A DNA stretch of 63,330 bases, counting the filler, from Collodictyon triciliatum (Eukaryota), in the NCBI GenBank assembly GCA_043381765.1. It is 8 parts of 8 records of this genome, joined end to end, with 100 filler letters (N's around TTAATTAATTAA, not from the genome) between each part and the next. Parts side by side here need not be neighbours in the genome. Positions count along the whole stretch, not along the records: positions 1 to 8,408 come from JBHJMP010003440.1; positions 8,509 to 16,900 come from JBHJMP010003441.1; positions 17,001 to 25,406 come from JBHJMP010003442.1; 5 more parts are not named here. One strand, written 5' to 3'. Position 1 is the stretch's first letter. Each line of letters begins with the position of its first letter. The translations under genes were made by a program, and so were the position numbers. Shown one piece after another: positions 1-17,288 of the stretch. The notes beneath the pieces were generated by a model, which saw nothing but the letters and a program-made list of their open reading frames with translations, ran no database searches and was not told where the DNA came from.

Positions 1-27
1 GAAACACAAGCCACTTCAAAGACATAC

Positions 28-2413
28 TTGTTCACCAGGTAATAATTGTTGCATAGGAAGATGCTCACTACCCCTTGGATGAAACGGATGGCTGGATGAG
101 CTTGACTCTTAGTAACAGCAACATAATAAAGAAAAGAAAAGAAAAGAAAAGAAAAGAAAAGAAAAGAAAAGAAAAGAAAAGAAAAGAAAAGAAAAGAAAA
201 GAAAAGAAAAGAAAAGAAAAGAAAAGAAAAGAAACTGACACCCTAAATAAAAAAAACATATATAATAGATGGCTACATGAGACATTATGAAGAGAGACAG
301 GTCAATTAAGCAAGGTAGTGACAGTCGAAGAAATTGTACAAATATGATTGGTAAAGAATGGCAATTGAAAAATACCTCTCGTCTTGGAAACCATCCTCTT
401 CTTCGGTGGCGTCTTCATCCTCATCTTCGTCCTCGTCACTTTCGTCTTCTGTTTGGTCGTGCTTGGATTTTGGTGGGATGATGAATCGGTCATGAGGTAG
501 GCGATAGATAACGGAGAGTGTGTTAAACTCCTCAAAGAGGCGGTCCTAACGAGGAAGAAAACAGTTCTCAGAATTATATATGCATTCATATTCCACGGTG
601 GAATACCATCACATTCTTGAATTTTGAATTAGAACGATGGTCCACATAGTGCAAACCCTGAATTCAAAGGTGTCCTCTTCGGCAAATGATGCCACAATTT
701 CAGTAGATGAGTTGACGATTTCTTCTGCCTGAACATAAGTTTGATTTCACACGGTGCCATGTTTTTTATGTATTAAATTAGGATGGATAATGAGTCCTTG
801 TTTTTTTTTTTAAAATAAAAACTAAAAACAGTAAAAAAGGGAAGATTATGGTCATCTTTCGCACTTCAAATATGGATGAGATATCGCAATATGCACCCAT
901 ATTCTTCTACTTTTTTCTATTATTGTACGTGAGATAATACCTTTTGAATGTCTGTAGAAAGTAAGCGGTAATAAAATAGGGCACGATCGTGGACATCGTG
1001 GTGGGTGGCACTCTAACGAAGAAAGAAAAAGAAATTATGGAGTGATGAGGCTACTGCACAGGGAATACCACCGAATAATAAAATAATTAAATAAATAAAT
1101 TCAATTTTTATTAATTTTTTTGTATAATCTCGAACTTGAATTGCCTCGCGGAGTATCTTTCCTAGCATCGCGCGGCACTCAGGCGGTCTTTTGAAGAATA
1201 ATTTCATAACAGAAGATAACAACTTGTATGCATTTGAAATTAGTGAATGATATATGTGAATATTAAAACATCGAGTATATAGTAAATTAGGGGATTAATC
1301 AGAATTCTGGACACTTTTAATAAAAAAAATCTCATGAGCGCACATATTTCATTAACTATTTTTGAGATTGACTGTCATTCTAAAAGTGTTTTTTTTCTGG
1401 CTTACCTGAAGTTGCACAGCACTAGATTCTTCGTCCAAGAACTTATCAGTGAGCGACTCAAGCAGATATGGGCTTTCCGGGATTAGATCGCCAAACTCAG
1501 CCACCATCCAAATGATTGCAGACTAGGAGAAATGAACAAAGTTAGACATTTTTTTTTGTTGGCCAACATTTACCTCTTTATTTATTTTCTCTTCTATTCA
1601 ATAACTTTTCCTTCAGGGTCTTTGAAACCAATAAAGATAAAAAAAACCTTTCCTTCAGGGTCGGTGACCCGATTAAGACATCCCTTCACATCGTTGATAA
1701 TTGACATGGAGCTCTTCGGATATTTTCTAAAAAGGTCTACATTTTTTTTTCTTGGTTATCCTCATATGCTTTATTGAATTTGGAGGATTTCTTAAAATTG
1801 CATGAAATCATGCAATTAATCAAATAAATAAACATCCAAGTTATCTTTTTAAATGGGAGAATAAATCGACCTTTCATAACGATAAGCGTTTCGGTAGTCA
1901 CGTAATCAATATCGAGGGAAAAGAAACTGAAAAGCCTTTTGATGATTTCATCGGCAGCGTTAGCGTGCTTCACTATATTCAGAAGAATGTGTAAGAATAT
2001 TCAGCTAAGATAGCAATTTTTTCATTTATTCGATTAAAAACATAGCGAACTAAATAATGTGAATGTGATGGCAAATTGTTTTTGTTTATCGATTTTTTTT
2101 TATCGAAATAGGAAAAAAAAATCATAGAAATGAAATTGGAAAGCATACATGCGATTTTTCCTATAGAATGGATTGATTGGCGAGCAGTTTGGATATCGAC
2201 ATCGGTAACATATTCTCTTCAGAAATGACATAGAAAGATAAAAGGAGTTACGTAGGCTTTATTTTTTGCAAGTGTAATCATGACGACAGAGGATAATAAT
2301 ATGATGAAAGGTCAAACCCAAGTTCAGAGACGATTTGCAAGAAGTTGCGCTCAGTGCTGATGTTGGTCAAAATGTCTAGCTTCAATATTTTGATATGCGA
2401 TGGGTCGCTGTAC

Positions 2414-2486
<73 letters not shown>

Positions 2487-4524
2487 ATGTCAAAATAAAA
2501 AAATTTGAAATGCGAAGGGTCGCGGAAAAAAAAAAAAAAAAAAAAAAGCTGAAAGAATCATACGAGAAAATGCATGATACTGATAGAGAAGAAAAGGAAA
2601 AAGAGGCAAAACTCAAGAATGAGAATAAAATGCCCTACAGTAGAAAGTTAACATAGATATGTTGCGCATAAATTGCTTCATACTGAATAAAAAAGCTTTT
2701 ATAGTCATTTTGGAACTGGCCCTCGGAACGAGAGACAATCAAAGAGATGTGGTGCAGACATGAGAACATGACCTCGGGGCTCGATGATGTAGACATGATT
2801 GTGATAAGGGGGTCTATTATTTATTTACAAGCACATATTTAAAATGGAGATTGCGACAATTTATCTCGTATTCTACAACACTGATTATTATTTTTTCTTT
2901 AAAAAAAATTCCGAAATAATACCAGAATCAATACGTGTTTGTAAATGTGTGATGGTCTTGATAAAAAAAAACCTCGAATTCGCTGATACACAGATTGGTG
3001 AACTTCGGGTATGTTCATGGTTATCTTCAAAAACAGATTGGTCACAGCCAATACAACAGCACTGTTGTTATGCTTGAACTTATCATCCAACAGATTCTGT
3101 AAATTATGTTAGGTGACGAATTATACGACGAGCCAAACCAGTAGCTACATCAATAGCAATGTGAAATCTTTTTCCAACATATTTATTCAAAAGAAATCAG
3201 TTTCACCATAATCTCAAAGATATCGTCCTCGTTGGCCGGACGATATTTGCTCAAAACTTCCAAAATCACAGCCTGGTTCCATTCGTTGAACTCTTTCATT
3301 TTGCCCAATAGTGCGACCACCTCATTGGGCTCCAAAATTAGCCCGCCTTCTGGAGCCATGATTTCCTCCAAGGCGCAGACACAATTGGCGACCACCTTTA
3401 TTTCATGGAAAGGATGATTTATGTGTGATGGAGTGAAGAGATAGATAATATTACATAGGTGAGCGACATGCTTTCGTATATAATAATGATTTCATACTTG
3501 GTATCTATTCATATTTTTATAAACTCATTCTTTATTTACTTTTTTTTTTCAAGGGAACGTCACAAAAAGGAGAGAAAAAGAAAAGCAACCTGGGCATCTC
3601 TATCACGTATCATGGAGCGCAAAGAGATGAGAAGCTCCGATTCAGCGCCTGCAGGTGAAAAGAAATGTAATGTATCTATATATCAGTAAGTCAAAGAATG
3701 TACAAATAATTATAGAGAAAAGGAAAAATGATAAAGAAGAGCCATGATCAAAAAAGAAGGCCAACCTTTAGCATGACTAAGTGGAGACAGCTGATGAAGC
3801 TTAGCCACACCAAGAACAGCAGTCTTTCTCACGTAGCCACTCGAATCACCAAGCCCTTTTCTCACCACTTCCACAATATACTCAAGAATGTTTGGAAGGC
3901 GCAGAGAACAAATGCTTCGAAGCGCAAGCGCACGAACCATTGGGTTTTCATCACGGCAGTCTTTTTGAAGCGTGTTGATCGCGAGAAGTGCAAGGTCAGC
4001 CTTAGACTCGGCATAGTTGCAGAGATACAGATATATCATTTTCTTTTGCACGATATCACGAGTGTTTGTAGCCTTCGTATGTATGTGAAATAGTAAGTCG
4101 TCTAGACTCGCAGCAGACTTTTCGATACAGTATGATCAAAAGAATCATGCTTAGAAGGCGAGCGGCTTGAAGGAAAATATAGAAATAAATGATAAAAATG
4201 AAGACATAATACATATGCAAATACTAATACAAATGAATTAAAAAATAAAGAAATATGTAATTAATAAAGAAATATATGGATTCTTTTGTCTTGATTGAAG
4301 GAAAGATGAGAAAGATTAGGTTAGACTCTGGACAGTACCATAACCATGTCCGTGAAGAGTCGAGAGACGTCGATTCCCATGGTCATGAAGGCCACAACCC
4401 TCTTGATCACCTCTCGGCGCTTCCCAAGCTCCTTTTCATTCAACACGGACTTCAGAAGCGCTTGCAACTGGGCAACTTCGCCACGATTTCTTTCCACAAA
4501 GTAGGTGACATCTCGGGCGGCCAT
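28..4524 (-). CDS. AP4B1: AP-4 adaptor complex beta subunit, multi-exon, 3' end runs off the window start
   Basis: GT-AG spliced exons give [102 protein letters not shown] and [12 protein letters not shown]. These are beta-adaptin trunk motifs with AP-4-type wording. Confidence 0.9.
130..233. repeat. (GAAAA)n microsatellite, representative of many simple repeats (e.g. 7510-7750, 8509-8627, 13427-13659, 25281-25406, 28778-29000, 33000-33158, 39012-39110, 58019-58089)
   Basis: Directly visible tandem units, mostly intronic or at contig ends. Confidence 0.95.
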
Positions 4525-4723
4525 TCTCACGGATCAACTATGATAACCGGACAGCGTTTTTGTTTCAATGAGCCGCTCTGGTCACTTTGATCAAGCCTCC
4601 CACAACAGGAAGAACCCTCGCGCTCAACTTGCGGCATGAAGCAGCGCTTTTAGGCACTTGTTGTCTCTGATTTTCTCTTGCGCTTTTGATTTATTCGTTT
4701 GGCGTGATAGTTTGGTGTTTCTT

Positions 4724-4880
4724 ACGTTTTAAAATTGGCGTTTTAATTTTCTGGCATTATAAATCCTGAAAGAGAATACCAGTCTTTCGAATGGTAAACT
4801 CGGTGCGCAAGTATCCAAGGTCTCACCACTTTTTTCACTATGGTCGTGTAGTGGTGAAGGCTGCCTGGAAAGACTCAACA
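4724..4880 (-). ncRNA. Putative Fanzor omega-RNA scaffold / element right end
   Basis: Directly 3' of the Fanzor ORF. Inverted repeats TCACCACT (4823-4830)/AGTGGTGA (4850-4857) and TACCA (4777-4781)/TGGTA (4792-4796), the latter closing a GAAA loop on the minus strand. Exact ends not determined. Confidence 0.55.
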
Positions 4881-6760
4881 ACTTTTTTTTTTTTTTTTTA
4901 GAGGAAGGTGCATGTTGCATATTTTGAAGAATGGAAAGAACTTTCTTGAGTATATTATTAGCGCTGTTAAAGTCCCTTGTCAAGAAAACACTTTGTTTGC
5001 TTTCTGACCGATTGCATTCTTTACACATGAGAGATCTAAACACGTTTTTTGTATTTCCTTTCAGTTTCGTTTATTCCAGTTCTTTTTCGCTGTTGCAGCA
5101 CATCTTGGAGGTTTTAATTCATTCACACTGTTTCGAAGCGTTTGGATTGTGTTTTTCGTAATCCTCTTCCGATTGTTGGCATAAAAAGTTTCATCTGACA
5201 TTTTCTGCTCCAGTCTCCACACGCCAGTATAACATCCTTGCCAAATGTCTTTCCGATTCGGTCCATAGATAATGGTTCACTCATTTTTGTATTAACATAC
5301 TATCTCCATCTCATCTTTCGAAAAGCACGTGTTCATAAAATATGAAAATTTTACTGGTATCTTGATTTCATAGATACATATTTTGAAATTTATCATAATT
5401 GACCACGCATAAATTATGTTTAATCAGCTCTGTCTCTAAATCGATTAAAGATACTCTTAATGTCTCAAACTGCCGATTCTCTTCAAAAGTCATGTGACAA
5501 AAGAAATAGCGCTTTGTAAATCTGTTTCCATGCATATCCCTGAAGCCTTGTACTTTTTTTTTTCTCGTGCAAAAGTATTTTGTGATTTTTAAGAGTTTGC
5601 GATCATGTCTTCTTTCGTGTGCCGTGTAAAGTAATTTCTTACCTGTCTCGCCCACCATGTAAACCATATTAAACTTGCCTGCGTCCACTCCAAGTATTTT
5701 TTTTTGTCGCTAATAAAGATAGCTGCTCTTCGGAATGTTCATCTATATAAATACATTCTTGGGTCTTTTGATGAAATTGGATTTTGGATTTGAAATACCT
5801 TTCTTTTCTAACAATCATGACACCGCCAAGCCGTATGTTTGTGTCATGTATTTAAAATTGTAATCCATTTGATGAAAGACCATCTTCTTCATTTCAAAAA
5901 ACTTATCCCATAGTATCTCTTTGCATCCTGATATATTCTTCAGTAATACTGTTTCCAGACAATACTAATAGATCTATCAAACATGCCGTACCTAGAGTAA
6001 TATGACATGGTATATTGGTAGTTCTTAAAGCGATTGGTTAAAACAGTTTGGCTCCAACGCCCCAAAAATGCGATTCATGTAAATCAGACATGGTATTGTA
6101 CTTATTTGAATTGACTTTGGCGTCATATTCGATAGCTTTTACAATATCGCTGGGAATGATATGATGCAAATGCGTTATAGCCCATCCTTTACATTGTTCC
6201 GGCATTTCGAGTTTCTTGAAGATGGCTTTTTTTTTAATTTCGTAACTCTGCCTTTTTTTAATATCTTCCGTAATATTCTCATCTTTAGGAGCTGTTTGAT
6301 TTATAAAGCGCAGTAGCCTCTTTACAAGATGTTCCTTAGTGTTATTATGATAAACTGTTAACATTTGCTTCGCCAAGTACGGTAATACATGAGACAGTCC
6401 AACCAACGGAATGCGTTCTTCTTGGGACAAAAGGAATCGAAAATCATTGAGATAAAAAGCCACCATGCCATCCCTCATTTCTGGTTTTTTTTTTTTTAAT
6501 CTTGCGGGTCTATCTTGTGAAACGATTCCGACTGTCTTTAGAGCGTACGAAAAAAACTTTTCATCGATTATTGGGACTTGTGATTTCAATATGTAGCATC
6601 TTGCAAACAGATAAGTGTTGGTAACCAAATTATGACACAATAAAACTGTATCGTTGATTTCGTAATAGTCATCGCATTCTTTACAATCGACTTTAGAGAT
6701 GTTTTTCACATTTCGATAGTCCGGTTTTACAGAATTTATATTCTCAGACTCAAGACATTT
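4880..6760 (-). pseudogene. Fanzor1-like (TnpB-derived) RNA-guided nuclease, intronless, disrupted by frameshifts and stops
   Basis: Joining frames gives YRNVKTSLKSIV..INDTVLLCHNLVTNTYLFARCYIL, KLF*PIALRTTNIPCHITL, LWDKFF..FKYMTQTYG, RuvC-I ILGVDAGKFNMVYM, LAYGDWS..FMPTIGRGLRK, RuvC-II NE(frameshift)KTSKMCC, Zn finger CKEC and RuvC-III TRDFNSANNIL. Confidence 0.88.
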
Positions 6761-8408
6761 TCTTTACCTGAAATTCTTTGTTTTACTTTTTCCTTTAGAA
6801 AACTACCGAGTTTTCAATTTTAATAAAACTTTAGTCAATCAGCCAATTGGTCGATTTAATAAAAACAACTGCACAAAATCAATTATGTAAAATTAAGCAT
6901 CTACCAAGACTCTCAAAATGTTGCATTGTGGCAAACAAACACACAAAGTTTTTTTTTTTACAAGTGATTTGAAACAAAACGCTGAGAGCCGATTCGACAA
7001 GTTCGAAATGATAGCCGTATAGCCATTGCGACTGAAAGTCAATATATCGGCCCCAAACAACATGATTACCGCCACAAGTGTGGATAGTATGCTTTTTTGA
7101 TATGCATGTTTGGTGGCAGGTTTACAGGCTGATTTCTGTCTGGGCCAAGACAAGGGCTTGTTTGTAATTTTTGAATTTTAATTTTAATAATGCATAAATG
7201 GGAAATATAATATAAATTAATTACAGGAATAGAATGAGATTATTATGTATTTTTAACCTTAGTATATATACTAGTCATTCTACTATTATATTATTCAGGT
7301 TATTCCATGGATTCATCAAAGCTCCTGCTTTCGTCAATCCAGATTTAATTCGATAGTTGTATGTGCAATAAATTGTTATCTGTAGGTACACTTTCGCTGT
7401 ATAAAAAGTGTTGTGCCTTGAAAGGGATAAAACCTACTTCGTCACAACTTCTGCCATGAATTTTATCCATTTACAGGCTGAATGAAACCAAAGAGAAATG
7501 AAAGGACAGAGGAAAAAGAAAAGAGAAAGAGAAAGAGAAAAGAGAAGAAAAAGAAAAAGAAAAAGAAAAAGAAAAAGAAAAAGAAAAGAGAAAAAGAAAA
7601 AAGAAAAGAGAAAAAGAAAAGAGAAAAAGAAAAGAGAAAAAGAAAAGAGAAAAAAGAGAAAAAAAAGAGAAAAAAAGAGAAAAAAAGAGAAAAAAAGAGA
7701 AAAAAGAGAAAAAAGAAAATAAAAGAAAATAAAAGAAAATAAAAGAAAATAAGAAAGATAAAAGACAGGATGAATGAATTATAGCAACGAATACTGAGCA
7801 TTATAATCATACTTATCTTGTCACCCGTGGGTCGCTGGCTTGAACCCAATAGGTCATTTTTTTTATTCCCCTTCATTATTATTATTGTTTGTTTGAAAGA
7901 GCTCGCTCCGTCTTCTTAGTAGGTTGTCGTACTCACAGGTCGGTGGCAGCCGGCGTCTTGATCGTCGGTGTGTCTCGGTGCATAACCTGTGTTGTAAGAG
8001 ATGTGGTAAAGTGTCCTTTTCGCTCTCTGCGTTGGCTGCGTCGGCTGCGTCGGCCTTCTCGTTTTGTGCACAATCAGTAGGCATTCATTGGCGCAAGGTT
8101 GTGGCGCCGGTCTCGTCCTTCACGGGATCCCTCTTTCCGGTCGCTTGCTTGTTTGTTTTTTCGGCTTCAGAATATGGCGGGTTGAAAGAAGAAGGAAAGA
8201 ACCTCAGTTTAATACTATTATTTTCTGGAGAATGTCTCCTTTTTTTTTCTCTCAGTTTGTTTATCGTTCTTCAGCCAAACTGACTTTTTCTTATTTTTGG
8301 TATTATTTTTTTTTTTTTTTTTGTTCCTCTCAACTCTGTCTCTCATTGTGTGATCGCTACATCTATTCACATTGTGAGATATATCGGCCTTTGGGAAAAT
8401 TCTTAACT

Positions 8409-8508
8409 NNNNNNNNNNNNNNNNNNNNNNNNNNNNNNNNNNNNNNNNNNNNTTAATTAATTAANNNNNNNNNNNNNNNNNNNNNNNNNNNNNNNNNNNN
8501 NNNNNNNN
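8409..8508. other. Artificial contig spacer; identical spacers at 16901-17000, 25407-25506, 33902-34001, 42390-42489, 50877-50976 and 59281-59380
   Basis: Each is exactly 44 N + TTAATTAATTAA (stops in all six frames) + 44 N. Most flanking contig ends are simple repeats and several genes are truncated there. Confidence 0.97.
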
Positions 8509-8654
8509 CAAATACAAATACAAATACAAATACAAATACAAATACAAATACAAATACAAATACAAATACAAATACAAATACAAATACAAATACAAATACA
8601 AATACAAATACAAATACAAATACAAATATATTTGTTCTTCTTTGTTGCAACAAC

Positions 8655-14048
<5,394 letters not shown>

Positions 14049-14641
14049 CTCCTGCAAAACCAACTGCGATATTCACTCCTCTTCTCGTTCTCTTTCCCCA
14101 GTCCGGGTTCCTTCTCTGCGGCCAATACTGCTCCAAAGTCTGGCATTTTATAGTGATCGTCAGTTTGGATGAGTTGCTGACTTGAGGGAATTAGCATGCG
14201 GAATAAAAATCTGGATTCTGTTCACCCCGTAATATACACATGTCACTTGTGGCTATAACGCCTGTCATTGCGCAGAGGAAGACTCCGTGAAAGAGGCTTC
14301 TGTTGTGACGGGGCTTTGATGTCGAGTGCGCGGGTTTGACTCGAGCAAAGAATGGTTTTGTGCAGCAAGTAAGATGGGTGGTGTGGTGATGTGGTTGTTT
14401 GGTATTGCTGGGTGCGAGTCAAGTCTTTTTCTTTACAGTGATGGTGATGATGATGATGATGATGGTGATGATGATATCACAATCAAACTCCTTGCAGTAT
14501 TTGGATGTCATTTTATGACTGTAAACTGAAAAGGAAACGACACACAGCAACCAAGTATCATGCTTTTGCTCTTTAGTTAATTGATTTTATTTTTGAAATA
14601 GTCAAGTCGTTAATCCTTTGTGCGTCATCAAGCGAGGCAGC

Positions 14642-16803
14642 TTAGTCATCTTCCACAAGAGCAGAAGAGCGAGCAGCTGACTTTCGGTCTCTTCCTTTGT
14701 GGCGATTCAAATCTCGGGCCTTGCTTAAGGTTGAATTTGAAGACAAAAACAGCCTCTGTAATTGCTTTATGCTTAGTATACAAGATGGAAAAAAAATATG
14801 CGGTGGATGCAGTTTGCGAAGGTGGAAAAGCAACCTTATCAAGTCCACTCATTTGTGGACGCGGAGCGATGATATCCATATCGAAAATCTGCCGAAGAAT
14901 TTCATTCTCCTATAATCATGTATTGTTACAATTATTACAAAAAGAAGAAAAAAGATAATGAAACAAAGTTACGATAGAAACGGTTCTATGTAATTGATTT
15001 TCGGATTCTATATTCTTGAAAAGTTATATAAACCAAACCTGCATATGCACAGAAAATCCGGACGAGGACATGTCTCGAATGTATTGAATCTGCAGAATCT
15101 CCCTCCATGTTTCATAAGTAAACTTCGTTTTGTTAATCGTGAACGATTCGGATGGTTGCTCGTTTGCCTATGAATGAAGAATCACATAATAACTTCGAAG
15201 GAAAAAACATCTTATTTTGAGAAGCCCTGATTCATGCCGGCCCATTTCCTAATTTTATATAATTGTAGAATCTCCAAACACCAGGAACCATATTTCAGCG
15301 TGTTGTAATTATAAAAGTCAATAGATACAAGTGTGCAGAGACGAATAAATAAAGACAGTCATGTGCTCTTCTCATACTTCAATCGATTGAATCAGGTCGC
15401 GCAGACCAGACCGAAGACGCGAGCGCTCTTGTTTTGACTAGTGGACAGAAATACTTGTTTTCAGTCCTTTTTACCACTAACTCTCAAATAGTTTGATAGC
15501 CACCTGCGATCGGTCACTAGTAGCAGAGATTTCATGCAAGTTGCCGACTATTTGGCCGATGAGACTAGCGTCATCAATTTCTCCAGATATCTGAAGAAAA
15601 ATATTCAATGAAATCAGAAAAGTGAAATTCATGAGAAACAAAACGCATCTGTACATATGAAATGCCAAATAGGGTCTATGGTTTGTATTGCTACTTCCTC
15701 TGGTACGTCTCTTCTTGATTCAATTAGAAAAGCGGCCTGCTCTGCTGCAGCCAAGCGAACATCAACGTGGTCATCGGAAAAGAATTGTGCAATACGCTTC
15801 AGTTTACTACGAACGAGAATGGTTAGAATATAATGTCATCAATAAAGAAAGGACATATATAGCAAGCTTCACTACCATTTTGGTTTAGTATCACCTTTCC
15901 GTTTATCACATTTTGAAAAGAAAAACATTTGTAAATACGTCAAATATGTATTAAGAGATTATTTTTTTTCAATTACTCCATGTAAAGTGATTTCACTATG
16001 GCGGTGGGAGTGTATGAGCACATAATAAATGTTTCAGCGCGAATAGCAGCAGCAATAAAGTCAGGTGAATTTTTTTCTGAAAAAAAAGAAGGGAAAACAA
16101 ACAAAGGTTGATTTCAAATATAATATTAAAGTAACCTTTCTTCATTCGAAATGCACTGGCTCGTGTCACACTTTAACGAAATGGGATAAATAACAATAAA
16201 TGGAGACTTTCTTTTTTATATTTGACTTACTTGAAGACATTTTTGTGCAAAATTCGACCGCCTCCTTAGTAGCAGAATCCTCGTTGCTGCAAAAGAAAGT
16301 CACAACCCCAAGGACACTCAAAGCCTGAATGAAAAGAGATATAAAATCTAGAGACAACATGAAAACATGAATTCAAGTGAATCACTGAATTTGCATTTTA
16401 TTTAACGAGATTAAGGACCCACAAGTGGAGACACGGTATCTTCAGCTTCAGAATCGTTGGCATATTGTCGCAGAATAGGATAAATATCTCTAATATAAGG
16501 AATAATATGAAGTTAAACCTAGTGCCATGGGAGAGGAGGAATAGTGTCACACCTATCGTGGAAAACATGATAAGGTATATAAAGATATATTTCTTTGTGT
16601 ATTTTATTTTAAAATGGATTATTTGGCCTTTTTTGAATATTTGAATGTCGATTTTGTTTGTTTGTTTCAATCACTTAAAAATATTCGGGGATTCTCCAAT
16701 TGTGATGAAGAGCATCGACATGCAACGAAGTGCAAGAGTCTTTTCTTCGGCTCTGCCTTTTTTGAAACTACGCTTCAGAGAATCTGCAAACGTTTCGGAT
16801 ATT
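14642..16803 (-). CDS. IFRD1: Interferon-related developmental regulator (IFRD1/2-family) protein, 5'-truncated at contig edge
   Basis: Exons give ETFADSLKRSFKKGRAEEKTLA, KQERSRLRSGLRDLIQSIE, TYETWREILQIQYIRDMSSSGFSVHMQ, NEILRQIF and terminal LSKARDLNRHKGRDRK, all IFRD motifs. Confidence 0.85.
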
Positions 16804-17000
16804 CTAATGATATGTTGTGTTCATGGCAAAAAACAAAAAAACAAAAACAAAAAAACAAAAACAAAAAAACAAAAACAAAAAAACAAAAACAAAAACAAAA
16901 NNNNNNNNNNNNNNNNNNNNNNNNNNNNNNNNNNNNNNNNNNNNTTAATTAATTAANNNNNNNNNNNNNNNNNNNNNNNNNNNNNNNNNNNNNNNNNNNN

Positions 17001-17085
<85 letters not shown>

Positions 17086-17288
17086 TTAGTTTGTTCTTTC
17101 GTTCTTTCGTTCTTTGCTTTTTTTATCTTTGAAAAAAAAAGTTTGGCATATTATTCGACCGATTTATTCCATACTCTGTTGGACGCCTTTGAATCGAGCA
17201 AGAGAAAAATTCTGTTCGGTGTGCTTTTTTTTTTTTATTCTGATCAATCCTCTGTTATTCAGTCCACCTTTTCAATCATAAGTTGATG

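Noticed and set aside
68-290. K/R-rich and F/L-rich ORFs here and at 7463-7876, 10697-11212, 28705-29048, 42028-42445 and similar
   Set aside because: Translations of stop-free microsatellites in introns or at contig ends.
1607-1662. 14-bp direct repeat TTTCCTTCAGGGTC duplicating an AP4B1 exon end inside the intron
   Set aside because: Short local duplication with no supporting element structure.
5060-6040. In-frame TAA/TGA in Fanzor as evidence of stop-codon reassignment
   Set aside because: They co-occur with frameshifts, and intact genes terminate at TAA, TAG and TGA normally.
4724-7000. Terminal inverted repeats, target-site duplication or transposase for the Fanzor element
   Set aside because: No convincing inverted match between the two ends and no transposase ORF; boundaries left approximate.
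7050-8400. Possible small spliced minus-strand gene
   Set aside because: Exon-like patches exist but I could not build a consistent frame or recognise a product.
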